In this document: piece by piece, positions 17,832-26,092 of the stretch | Layout of the letters: each line of letters starts with the position of its first letter | How positions within the stretch are numbered: the first letter of the stretch is position 1 | IMG/VR virus record: IMGVR_UViG_3300025018_000424 | Coordinates: 1 to 29,996 of that record | DNA from: a virus | Lineage: Duplodnaviria; Caudoviricetes | Length of the DNA stretch: 29,996 bases | Strand: one strand, 5' to 3' | Notes under the pieces: model-generated | The model's database searches: none | What the model was told of the DNA's origin: nothing | The model's input: only the letters and a program-made list of their open reading frames with translations | Translations under genes and position numbers: made by a program

Positions 17832-20165
17832 TCAGCGGTTGGGGTTCAGCAGCGAGTTTAGTTCGTCGACGAGCGCGGGATCGGGTGCCGGCTCAGGCTT
17901 CATCGCGTGCTCGAGCCGCGCCTTCGCGATCGCGATATGGCGCGCGCCGTCGTCGCCATCCCCCAGCTCGACGCCGACGAAACGAAACCCGCTGAGCAGC
18001 GCGGCGACGCCGGTCGAGCCCGAGCCCGCGAACGGGTCGAGCACAACACCGCCCGGCGGTGTGATCAGTTTGATCAGCCACGTCATGAGCGCGATTGACT
18101 TCACGGTCGGATGGGAGTTGCGCGCGCCGCCGGTTCGACCTGCGCCCGCGCGCGGGTTCTTCGTGCCGGCGCTGTCATCCTTGCGCCCGGTCGCCTCGCC
18201 GCCGGTCTTAGGCTCGAGCCCGGCTTCGGCGAGCCCGGCGTCTTTCTCGCGTCGGCTCGGCTTCGCTACGTAATAGAAGCGCGACGGAACTCCGCTGTCT
18301 TCGTATGACGTCGACCCGTCTGTCATAGCGAAACCGCCCTTCACGTTTTCGTTTGACATCGATCGCGCACGCGATCCCGTTTGCGTCCTTTTCGTCGACT
18401 TGCTCGGCGGCACGGACGCGTCAAGCATCGCGGCGGTGGCTTCGTCAAACGTGACGTTTGCGGGCCAGCGCCCAACGTTCGGATCGAAGCCGACTTCTTT
18501 CGACGTGCCAATCCGACACGCGTCAATGTTCAGCCCGCCGGTACCGTGCGTTAGAACATTCGCCGCGACCGTGCCCTTGAAAGGCTTTCTGACGAGCCAC
18601 CAATCCTCACAGGCTGGCTTCAGTGCCGTTCCCCAGCCGTCCCATGCGGCGGCTTCGGGTGAGCCTGCGGTTGTGCCCGGCGTGTGGATCGTCTGTCCAG
18701 CTTGTGACGTCTCTTCGCCGTGTCCGCGGCACGCCACGCCCGAGCGAATATACGCGCAGTTCGTGTTAGACGATCCGCCGGGGATCCGATCGGCGCCCAG
18801 TGCTTTGTCGATCGCCTTCGACACGGACATCGATTTGGGGAATCCAGTATTTCCGGTGACGAACACAGATCCGCGGTAGCGCGCGACCCATCGCCCGCTC
18901 GGAACAGTCGGACACCAGACCGCGCCGTCACTCGGCACGGTTGACGCCCATCGCTTACGATGCGATCCGCGCTGCACTTCGGTCGAGTCGACCATACACC
19001 AGCTGATCGCGCTTTTGCTGACGTTTTCGGACGTGCGAAACCCGAGACGGAAGCACAGTGTCTGAAACCACGCGCGCACCGCCGGCCGCTTCTGATACCA
19101 CGCGCCTGACGTATCGCTGTGCCGTGATCCGTCGCCGTCGACGAGTGCCTCGAACAGCGCGCGCGCTTCGTCAATCGGGAGCCACGCGAGCCACTCGGGC
19201 GGCGTCGGCTTGTCGCCGGCTAGCAGCGTGCGCAGCCACGTCGACCACGCACCGACTTTCAGGTACCACTGCACAGAATCGCGCGGCGTGCCGTCGTAGT
19301 TGTCGCGCGTTCGTCGGTATTCGGAAAACGCGATCCCGAGGCGCGCTAGCAGCGCGCGAATACGATCGGCATCGACGCCTTCGTTCTGATAGATCGACAC
19401 AGCTTCGACGTCTCGGTGGAAGTGCCCCTCTGTAACAACCCATCCAATCAGCGATGCAAGATCGACGCTACCGAGCGATGCGCGCACTTCGGCGCCGCGC
19501 GCAGCTAGCGGCAGAACCCATCCGACCGTGCCGGGCGTGTTCTCGATCAGAACGTCGGCAGGCATCGACGACAGCGCGCTATCTGTTACCGTGTGCTTCC
19601 AGCGCCCGCGTTTGGCGTATGCGTGTACCGTGTGCCCAGGCGTCAGTACCTGCTCGGTCGATCGCGTCTTTACGCGGATCATATCACCAGCGTAGGGATA
19701 GACGGATACGCCCTGCAGCGGCGCGAGCGACGCGCGCCCAACGGCGTCAACCTCGACGACGGGATCGCCCGTTCTGATTTCATTGCACTTGCGCCAGCCG
19801 TTGGCTGTTAGGATCTCGGTCCCGAGCGGAACGCAGCCGAACAGATGCGAGACTCGATCGCGAATCTCGAATCCCGCATGCTCGAGCGCCATCGCGGTCC
19901 AATGCGACGTGCGAGGTAGCGCCCACACGAGCGCGTGACCGCCGGGCTTCAGCACGCGGAACGCGCCCGCGAGCTGATCGGCGAGCCACGCGATCCACGC
20001 ATCGCGCCCGCCCTTGTCCGAATCCCACGACTTGCCCATGAAACCGATCCCGGCGGGCGGGTCGGTAATGATTGCGTCGACGGACTCGGGCGGCAGCTTG
20101 TCGGCGATCGCTTTCGCTTCGCCCTGGAATAGCACCGCGCGCGGCGTGAGTAGGATCGGCTTCAT
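17832..20165 (-). CDS. Amino (N6A/N4C) DNA methyltransferase, beta class, interrupted by an intein
   Basis: N-terminal 'IITDPPAG' (motif IV variant) and 'RVLKPGG', then 'GFPKS', 'GWGTALKPA.E', 'GRWPAN', 'HPTVK...L..LI.L.TPPGG.VLDPFAGSGSTG' (motif I at the C-terminus). Confidence 0.9.
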   Translation of the reverse strand: MKPILLTPRAVLFQGEAKAIADKLPPESVDAIITDPPAGIGFMGKSWDSDKGGRDAWIAWLADQLAGAFRVLKPGGHALVWALPRTSHWTAMALEHAGFEIRDRVSHLFGCVPLGTEILTANGWRKCNEIRTGDPVVEVDAVGRASLAPLQGVSVYPYAGDMIRVKTRSTEQVLTPGHTVHAYAKRGRWKHTVTDSALSSMPADVLIENTPGTVGWVLPLAARGAEVRASLGSVDLASLIGWVVTEGHFHRDVEAVSIYQNEGVDADRIRALLARLGIAFSEYRRTRDNYDGTPRDSVQWYLKVGAWSTWLRTLLAGDKPTPPEWLAWLPIDEARALFEALVDGDGSRHSDTSGAWYQKRPAVRAWFQTLCFRLGFRTSENVSKSAISWCMVDSTEVQRGSHRKRWASTVPSDGAVWCPTVPSGRWVARYRGSVFVTGNTGFPKSMSVSKAIDKALGADRIPGGSSNTNCAYIRSGVACRGHGEETSQAGQTIHTPGTTAGSPEAAAWDGWGTALKPACEDWWLVRKPFKGTVAANVLTHGTGGLNIDACRIGTSKEVGFDPNVGRWPANVTFDEATAAMLDASVPPSKSTKRTQTGSRARSMSNENVKGGFAMTDGSTSYEDSGVPSRFYYVAKPSRREKDAGLAEAGLEPKTGGEATGRKDDSAGTKNPRAGAGRTGGARNSHPTVKSIALMTWLIKLITPPGGVVLDPFAGSGSTGVAALLSGFRFVGVELGDGDDGARHIAIAKARLEHAMKPEPAPDPALVDELNSLLNPNR
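18849..19835 (-). mobile_element. Intein (329 aa) with LAGLIDADG homing endonuclease domain
   Basis: Begins HLFG|CVPLGTEILTANGW (block A) and has block B 'LTPGHTV', LAGLIDADG-like 'LIGWVVTEG' and 'ALVDGDG', and block F 'VWCPTVP'. It ends VFVTGN|T. Removing it restores the methylase motif HLFG-TGFPKS. Confidence 0.92.
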
Positions 20166-20210
20166 GACTTGGATTTCAACGCGTGAGACCGTCGACGCGG
20201 TCTATCGATA

Positions 20211-21020
20211 TCAGAAGCACTTCTTACACACACCGCACCGAATCGACGCCGACTTGGATACCAGATCGACCGGGCAAACCATGCGCTTGTGATCGGGGCT
20301 CAGGCTATCGAACCACGATCCCTTACCGATGCCGCGCAGCGAGTAGTCAGGGAAAATAACCGATCCCGAAGGTAGGTCGGCGGGCACGTAGCCCGAGACC
20401 GTCATGTAGCACAGGCGCAGATCCTTTAACGACGCGTGTACCAGGCGTTCAAACTTCGCATCACCGTAGTTGTCCGCGTCGCACGACAGGTTGACTGCTA
20501 GGTTTGCTGTCTGCGTCAGCAGCCACACGTGATCAAACGATCGCGTGTACAGCCAATGATTGACCATAGGAGACGCGTCGCACACCGTGACAATCCACGC
20601 CGCGTAATGCGCGTTGAATATGTCGCCCGACACGTGCCAGCGGAAGCCGCCGATCGCGTGGTTGCGAATCCAGTCACCGACGACATGCGCCCAGGCGAGC
20701 TGTTCGTCGCCACTTAGCGCGAGGATCTCACGGATCGTCGTCGAGTTATGCCGGTACATAGCAGCCAGATCGCGCTCAGCCTTCTCGAGTTCATGAACGT
20801 AGCACGACGCGCGACACGTCGGCGTCGACCCCGGGCAGTCTTCGACGTGCACGAGTGAAAACGCGTTCGGCTTCGGTCTGTCAAAGGTACCGTTGCCAGC
20901 CGTGATCTTCTGGTTTCCGTCGAAGTACAGAGCGCGTCCGGCGTGCTCGAGCTTCGTGGTCACGAACGCCGTCGACGCCGCGGTTGACTTGCGGCCTAGT
21001 TGGATTGGTTTGCGGGTCAT
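20211..21020 (-). CDS. GP88-like protein (Cys cluster, radical-SAM-like fold suspected)
   Basis: ATG at 21020 overlaps the upstream TGA. Motifs: 'CPGSTPTCRASCY', 'FRWHVSGDIF', 'WLYTRS', 'NL..NLSCD', and C-terminal 'CP.......C..C..C'. Confidence 0.7.
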   Translation of the reverse strand: MTRKPIQLGRKSTAASTAFVTTKLEHAGRALYFDGNQKITAGNGTFDRPKPNAFSLVHVEDCPGSTPTCRASCYVHELEKAERDLAAMYRHNSTTIREILALSGDEQLAWAHVVGDWIRNHAIGGFRWHVSGDIFNAHYAAWIVTVCDASPMVNHWLYTRSFDHVWLLTQTANLAVNLSCDADNYGDAKFERLVHASLKDLRLCYMTVSGYVPADLPSGSVIFPDYSLRGIGKGSWFDSLSPDHKRMVCPVDLVSKSASIRCGVCKKCF

Positions 21021-21301
21021 ACGTCCGCCGCCCACGCGAGATCGAACGACCGCACGAGCGCCGCGCGCAAGCCGCCCGCGGGAACCGCGAGCGCGAGCGC
21101 CTCGATATATGCGAGGTCTTCGCCGACCAGCTCGGCGTACGTTTCGACCACGTCTTCGGTTCCCGCCTCGTGCGCGTTGCGCAGGGCGATCACGTTCGTA
21201 ACGAAGTGATCGCGCCGCCGGATGCGCTCGGCTTCGACGTCGCGCTTGCGTTCAGCCTCGGTGAAGTCAAGAGCCGCACGGCGCGTTGATAAATCGTCCA
21301 T
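21017..21301 (-). CDS. Hypothetical protein
   Basis: 94 aa with a GGAGG RBS at 21317-21313 and ATGA coupling to the downstream gene. Confidence 0.65.
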   Translation of the reverse strand: MDDLSTRRAALDFTEAERKRDVEAERIRRRDHFVTNVIALRNAHEAGTEDVVETYAELVGEDLAYIEALALAVPAGGLRAALVRSFDLAWAADV

Positions 21302-21307
21302 TGTTTT

Positions 21308-21376
21308 TTAATCCTCCGAAGGTTCCCAGGGAATAAGGTTGCCCGCGCTGTCGTAAACAGGAGACGCGCCTTTATA
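21308..21376 (-). repeat. Orphan second copy of the DNA polymerase 3' end (YKGASPVYDSAGNLIPWEPSED*)
   Basis: Diverged direct repeat of 21997-21926 (YKDAKPVYDSAGNLVPWEPGSDD*). Over the first 19 codons, 44/57 nt and 16/19 aa are identical. It has no start codon of its own and ends in its own TAA. Confidence 0.9.
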
Positions 21377-21378
21377 CC

Positions 21379-21933
21379 CTATAACGCACGATCGATCGGG
21401 CACGGTCTACGAAGATACTCAAGTATCGCGTTTGCGTGGGCGACAACGTCTGCCGCGTTATCCCCCATCTGACCGATTCGCACGTTGCACGGGTGGCACA
21501 GCACACCGCGAACGGCGCCGGTGACGTGATCGTGGTCTGTAGACCATCCGATCGCGCTGCCGGGATCAGAGGCGCTGCACAGCGCACAGCACCTGCCCTG
21601 CTGATCGAACATGGCGTCCCACTGCTCTGGCGTGATACCGAACTTCCGCATGAGGCCGTACCGCCGCATATACTCACGGTTCCGCTGCCTCTGATCGTCA
21701 GTCATCTTATTAGCGCGCCACTCGCGCGCCATTTTGTTTTTGTGCGCGCGCTGCTCCGGCGACCACGCCCTTCGGATGGCGCGCTGAGCTGCGAGATCGC
21801 GTGCTTTCTTCTCGGGGTCGGATCGGCGACGGCGCTTCGATGCGATCTTAGCAGCCTGCTGATCCTTCGTCCGCCGCGCATAAGCCTCGCGAGCCCTCGC
21901 GTTTTTCGCGAGTCGACGATCGTCGTCAGTCAT
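21379..21933 (-). CDS. Endonuclease VII family (His-Me finger) endonuclease, probable free-standing homing endonuclease
   Basis: Basic helical N-terminus, then 'KFGIT...W..M...Q.G.C.ALC', 'DHDHVTGAVRGVLCHPCN..IG...DN...AILEYL'. The start overlaps the polymerase stop by 8 nt. Confidence 0.9.
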   Translation of the reverse strand: MTDDDRRLAKNARAREAYARRTKDQQAAKIASKRRRRSDPEKKARDLAAQRAIRRAWSPEQRAHKNKMAREWRANKMTDDQRQRNREYMRRYGLMRKFGITPEQWDAMFDQQGRCCALCSASDPGSAIGWSTDHDHVTGAVRGVLCHPCNVRIGQMGDNAADVVAHANAILEYLRRPCPIDRAL

Positions 21934-24187
21934 CCGATCCCGGCTCCCACGGAACTAGGTTCCCGGCGCTGTCGTACACAGGCTTAGCGTCTTTATACAG
22001 ACGGCGGATCAGAGCAGGTTCAGCCTTGATCGTGACGTCGGGCGTCACCTTCTGCATCTCGCTGAGCATTATCTCCGTTACACGCATGGCGGCGGCGTGC
22101 GATCTATCGACCGGGTGCTCGCAAACCGCTTCGTCATGAATGAACCCGATCGGGCGCGATCCGTACAGCGCGTCGCCGGGGCGGGCTAGGTAGCACTCGC
22201 GCGTGACGGCGTAAAATGCGCGCTTCGCGCCGATGGCGGCGAGGCTCGAGAAATAACCGTTCGCTGCTTGCGTAACTGAGTCAACCTGCCGCACGACGCC
22301 GCTGACAAAGTGTGTGATCGTGCCGTAGTTCTCGACCTGATGTTTGATGAAGTCGAAATACGCCTTCATCTCGGACCAGCGACAGAACCACGCTTCACGG
22401 ATCGTGATCGCGGCTTCAACGCACGCCTTACATACCGGCGACTGCGGGCGATCGTACCACTCGGTGATTTTCTCTTCGCCGCACGCGGGGCGCCCGCCGA
22501 TCAGCAAGCAGAACCGAACGCCTTTGTACGCCTTGCCGTTCGGCGCCTTCGTCGTCATGCCGGGTGCCTTGCGGTTCGTAATGACGAACTTGGGCGGTCC
22601 CATCATGCCGCCGAATCCGAAGTTGCCCCACTTCGCAGCCTGCCGATAGTCGGCTAGCTGCTTGTCGCCGCCGAGCAGGAGCGCGCGGAATTCGTCATAG
22701 GTGCGACCACACAGATCGGCGCCCAACACGGCGTGCGGATCCATCGGTACGCCGGTTGAGTCTTTTGAGTTCAGCACGTCGGCTAGCTTCGAGTAACCGA
22801 TCTGCCAGATACAGATCTGCCCAAGTGTACAAAGCTCGACCTGCCCAAAATCGACCGAGCTAAGAACGGTACCTGGGCGCGCAACAACGCAGTCGCGCAC
22901 CGCGCCTTTACGCGGCATAGTCTGCACAATGCCCGCGTAGCTGGCGCGCTCGTTTACCAGCGGCACGTTCGGGCGCAGCGGTAAGCCGTCGCGTAAAGCG
23001 GGGATGTATGTGCTGACGATCTTAGCTTGCTCGCCCCATTCGCCGAAGTCGTAAAGCACGTCATCACCCGAGTCAATCAGCACGTCGCGCGCGGTCGCAA
23101 TGCCGCCCTTGTCGGTGCGCGGTAGTACCGGACCGATCGCCGCGAGATCGTATCCCGTGCCGCCGCAGGCGGGATCGTTGACTGGGCTGCCGCTCTTCGG
23201 GCTCAGCACCTTGCCGATCAAGTGCTCGCCGGTCTTCGGGTGTTTGGTGTGCTGACAGTACGGGCACGGCGCGAGCTTGCCGACGCCGTACGCCTCGACG
23301 ACGCGCTTTTTAAGCGCGGCTAGATCCTTCGTTCCAGCTTTTTTGTCATCTGGGCCGCGGATCAGTCCAACATCCTCGAACGCCTTCGCGCCAGCTGCGA
23401 TTGTTGGCTCGACGATGCCGGCGAGCGCCTCGACGGCTTCTTGATCGATACCGAATCCCCAGCACGCGCCAAGGTGCAGCGCGATCGACGCGCGCGCGAT
23501 GTCCGCCATTGCGTGTAAGTTATGTGCACGGCGTCGCTCGGCGGTTTGCAGCCCGGCGATCCCCGCGTTGCGCCCCAGGTGACCGCACTGCACGAGCGCG
23601 GCGATCAGCGTGTGGTTGGAGTCGTCGACCGGGTACTTGCGCGCTTCTTCGGGCCACTGCGCGATCGGCACGCCGTCAAGCAGCGCGTATGACTTCCGCC
23701 ACGCGTCGGCATCCTTGCTGCCCTGATAGTTAAACGTCGTATCGCAAACAGAGTACAGCGAGTAGTAGCCGGTCTGTTTGCCTTCGGCGTTGCGTAGCTT
23801 CTGACCCGTGCGCGGATCGTACCCGAGACACCCGAGCTGAATCGCGTCGAGCGCCTCGGCGATCAAGACGTCGAAGACCTCGCCGCGATCGTACTTCGCG
23901 AAGATCAGCTCGAGGATCTCGACCGGGTCGTGACCGTTGCGCGCGAGATCGTGCGCCATCACGAACATATCGAAAGCGCCGTTCGCCGTCACGATGACGG
24001 GACCGGGATTCATCAGGCGAATGAACTCTTCGCGCGCCTCGGCTTTGTCGAGCAGCCGACCTTTGAGCGCGAGGCTAGAGACCGACGCGCACACGAGCGG
24101 CGGCACGAACTTCGGGCGAGTCAGCCACGTCTCGGTATCGAACGCGAAACCGATCGCAGGTAAGCGATCCAGTAGTTCAGTCTTCAT
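21926..24187 (-). CDS. polA: Family A DNA polymerase with 3'-5' exonuclease domain
   Basis: ExoI 'FDTET', ExoII 'NGAFD', ExoIII 'YPVDD', motif A 'DFGQVEL', motif B 'RQAAKWGNFG' and motif C 'FIHDEA'. Confidence 0.93.
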   Translation of the reverse strand: MKTELLDRLPAIGFAFDTETWLTRPKFVPPLVCASVSSLALKGRLLDKAEAREEFIRLMNPGPVIVTANGAFDMFVMAHDLARNGHDPVEILELIFAKYDRGEVFDVLIAEALDAIQLGCLGYDPRTGQKLRNAEGKQTGYYSLYSVCDTTFNYQGSKDADAWRKSYALLDGVPIAQWPEEARKYPVDDSNHTLIAALVQCGHLGRNAGIAGLQTAERRRAHNLHAMADIARASIALHLGACWGFGIDQEAVEALAGIVEPTIAAGAKAFEDVGLIRGPDDKKAGTKDLAALKKRVVEAYGVGKLAPCPYCQHTKHPKTGEHLIGKVLSPKSGSPVNDPACGGTGYDLAAIGPVLPRTDKGGIATARDVLIDSGDDVLYDFGEWGEQAKIVSTYIPALRDGLPLRPNVPLVNERASYAGIVQTMPRKGAVRDCVVARPGTVLSSVDFGQVELCTLGQICIWQIGYSKLADVLNSKDSTGVPMDPHAVLGADLCGRTYDEFRALLLGGDKQLADYRQAAKWGNFGFGGMMGPPKFVITNRKAPGMTTKAPNGKAYKGVRFCLLIGGRPACGEEKITEWYDRPQSPVCKACVEAAITIREAWFCRWSEMKAYFDFIKHQVENYGTITHFVSGVVRQVDSVTQAANGYFSSLAAIGAKRAFYAVTRECYLARPGDALYGSRPIGFIHDEAVCEHPVDRSHAAAMRVTEIMLSEMQKVTPDVTIKAEPALIRRLYKDAKPVYDSAGNLVPWEPGSDD

Positions 24188-24960
24188 GGCACCCCTAGGA
24201 TGCGATCGAGTTGCGCGTCGATCGTTTCGCCGTTCGTCCAGATCCCTTCAGACGAATGCTGGTTAGAACCGTTGCCGCCATTCGCCTGAATGTTTGCCAG
24301 GTGTTTGAACGGCAACCATGTTGCGTCCGATGCCTCACACACGATAACCTGACCGCGACGCGATCGACACCACGCACCGAGGTGCGCGAAGTCAATCTTC
24401 TTTGAAGAACAGATGTACGCATGGCCTGCGCGCTGATATGGCGGGTCGACGTACCACGTCGCAGTGATTGGCGGCGCGCTGGCGTAGGACCCTTCGACGA
24501 TCGTCCAGTGCCTGATGAACTGCATTTGATAAACGATTCGATCGCGCACTCGATCTGTCCAGCCAACAAACATACCATCATTGCGTTTGCGTAACTGTGC
24601 CTGGGATATTCCGCGCGTCATGTTCGGTCGTGGTGCTACACGATCGAACCAGAATCCGACAAGCCATCGCGCTTCCTGTGGAACCCATGACGGCAGCTCG
24701 TCGACGTGCTCGATGTCGACGGGAATGCAGGCGACCTCAGCGGGGGGCGCGGTGATTAGGTAGTGCCAGATTCCTGCCACCACGGGGTATTTGTCGTAAA
24801 GTACAACGTTGCGATCGTAGTGTCGAAGCGAGTATCCCGCGGCTCCTGCGAACGGCTCGATAATCGTGTCGTGCGTCGGTGCAGGATACAGCGGCGCCGC
24901 GCGCCACTTCGCGCCGTAGTAGTGCCAGAATGGGCGCAGAAAAGGCGGCCTAGTTTGCAT
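24184..24960 (-). CDS. Dam-like (alpha class) N6-adenine DNA methyltransferase
   Basis: 'YYGAKW', 'EPFAGAAG' (motif I) and 'YVDPPY' (motif IV) occur in alpha-class order. The stop overlaps the polymerase ATG. Confidence 0.85.
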   Translation of the reverse strand: MQTRPPFLRPFWHYYGAKWRAAPLYPAPTHDTIIEPFAGAAGYSLRHYDRNVVLYDKYPVVAGIWHYLITAPPAEVACIPVDIEHVDELPSWVPQEARWLVGFWFDRVAPRPNMTRGISQAQLRKRNDGMFVGWTDRVRDRIVYQMQFIRHWTIVEGSYASAPPITATWYVDPPYQRAGHAYICSSKKIDFAHLGAWCRSRRGQVIVCEASDATWLPFKHLANIQANGGNGSNQHSSEGIWTNGETIDAQLDRILGVP

Positions 24961-25189
24961 CGCTGCCGCCCGTCAACTTCGCGCGAACGCGCTCGACGAT
25001 CTCGACCGCGTGCGGGTCGAGCTCGACGTCGACGACCGGTTCAAGCTGTTCGGGCTCGGCGACTGGCTGCGCGTGCTCGAGCCGTAGTGGACCGGTCCAT
25101 CCACACCGACGACACTGACCCATGCGCCCGAGCCCGCCGAACACGGGCACAAGAACAGACAGCAGACAGCCGGGACACGGTCGAGTCAT
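24950..25189 (-). CDS. Small zinc-ribbon protein
   Basis: From ATG 25189: MTRPCPGC...CRRCGW (two CxxC), 79 aa, with ATGA coupling to an upstream mini-ORF. Confidence 0.55.
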   Translation of the reverse strand: MTRPCPGCLLSVLVPVFGGLGRMGQCRRCGWTGPLRLEHAQPVAEPEQLEPVVDVELDPHAVEIVERVRAKLTGGSDAN

Positions 25190-25293
25190 GCGCGCCACTC
25201 GTCTCGTGGCTCGGCACCGCCTAACCACTGCTGGATCGCGTCGACGATGCTCAGCCAGAACAGCCGAAGGAACTCGGCGACGGAGGCGATCAC
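25186..25293 (-). CDS. 35-aa amphipathic peptide (not in ORF track)
   Basis: The GTG-started ORF MIASVAEFLRLFWLSIVDAIQQWLGGAEPRDEWRA* overlaps the upstream stop (GTGA) and the downstream start (ATGA), filling the gap exactly. Confidence 0.55.
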   Translation of the reverse strand: MIASVAEFLRLFWLSIVDAIQQWLGGAEPRDEWRA

Positions 25294-25889
25294 GCCGGAT
25301 CCCTGCGCGGCATAACAATCATAGATAGCGTGCCAACGCCAGCGCCAGCATCGATCGTGAATAGAGATCCCGCATCGCAGCCCTGAAAGCGCGCAACTAA
25401 ACCAGTGTCGCGCTTATTATAATCAAACTCCAGAGCCGCCCGGGCCGCGCGCAACAAGTATTTTGGATTGAACGCCACGGGCGTGTCTTCAGCAGATCCA
25501 CACCAGTCGATTAACGCTCTCCACGCTGGGAAGTCGTGATCCACAATTGATGCGTAGATGGCATCAGACCCGATCGTGATGCGACCGCTACGCAGATTCA
25601 GATCAACAAGTTCGGATTGCTGGATGCGCGTCGCCTTGACTGTAGTCATCACTCGCTTCAGGTCGCACGCTGCAAACAGCACCGACGCACCCCGATCGGA
25701 GTCGGGGATCTCAGCGGCAACGTGCGCATGCGCTAGCGTGTGACCGTCCGTGGCAACAATATTGATCGCTTGCTTGTCTGCGTCGGATTCGAACCAAACA
25801 CTCATCAGGTGCTGTCTGGTTTGATCGCACGAAGCAAAAGGCAGCACAGCCTTGAGCGATGCGTATAGATTTGATCTAGTGATATACAC
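25290..25889 (-). CDS. DNA polymerase III beta (sliding clamp)-like protein, truncated
   Basis: 'FAS.D.TR..L..V', 'VATDGH.LA', 'FP.WR.LI', 'AFNPKYL' and 'MIVMP.R' mirror DnaN central and C-terminal motifs. It is only 199 aa and has a GGAGG RBS. Confidence 0.75.
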   Translation of the reverse strand: MYITRSNLYASLKAVLPFASCDQTRQHLMSVWFESDADKQAINIVATDGHTLAHAHVAAEIPDSDRGASVLFAACDLKRVMTTVKATRIQQSELVDLNLRSGRITIGSDAIYASIVDHDFPAWRALIDWCGSAEDTPVAFNPKYLLRAARAALEFDYNKRDTGLVARFQGCDAGSLFTIDAGAGVGTLSMIVMPRRDPA

Positions 25890-26083
25890 TATTGACCTCC
25901 CCGCAACCTGCGTTCTATGCGGCGACGCTTCGCCTGGTTACTGCGCCGGTTATATGCCGGCGCGGGCGGGCCAACCTGCCATCGGCGCTTGGACATCTGC
26001 GCGCGGGCGAACATCATTGCTATCGCGGTCGACATCGCGACCGCTGCGCGCGCCTTCTTCGGGATATGCGTGTTTGTGCTCAT
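25889..26083 (-). CDS. Small basic hypothetical protein
   Basis: 64 aa, Arg-rich, with TAGTG coupling to the clamp-like gene. Confidence 0.55.
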   Translation of the reverse strand: MSTNTHIPKKARAAVAMSTAIAMMFARAQMSKRRWQVGPPAPAYNRRSNQAKRRRIERRLRGGQ

Positions 26084-26092
26084 GACAAATAC

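Noticed and set aside
21308-21997. Polymerase 3'-end repeat pair as a diversity-generating retroelement TR/VR
   Set aside because: The mismatches are not adenine-specific in either copy and fall mostly at synonymous third positions. No reverse transcriptase is in the window.
21377-21997. EndoVII region as a group I intron in polA
   Set aside because: The interval is fully occupied by the in-frame polymerase end and the EndoVII ORF, leaving no room for a ribozyme core. The polymerase is complete without splicing.
159-25318. ORF-track starts at 159, 6338, 8129, 11907, 12889, 16312, 21035 and 25318
   Set aside because: They overlap upstream genes or a promoter. Downstream starts at 249, 6422, 8159, 11961, 12928, 16300, 21020 and 25189 fit the stop/start coupling, RBS or promoter geometry better.
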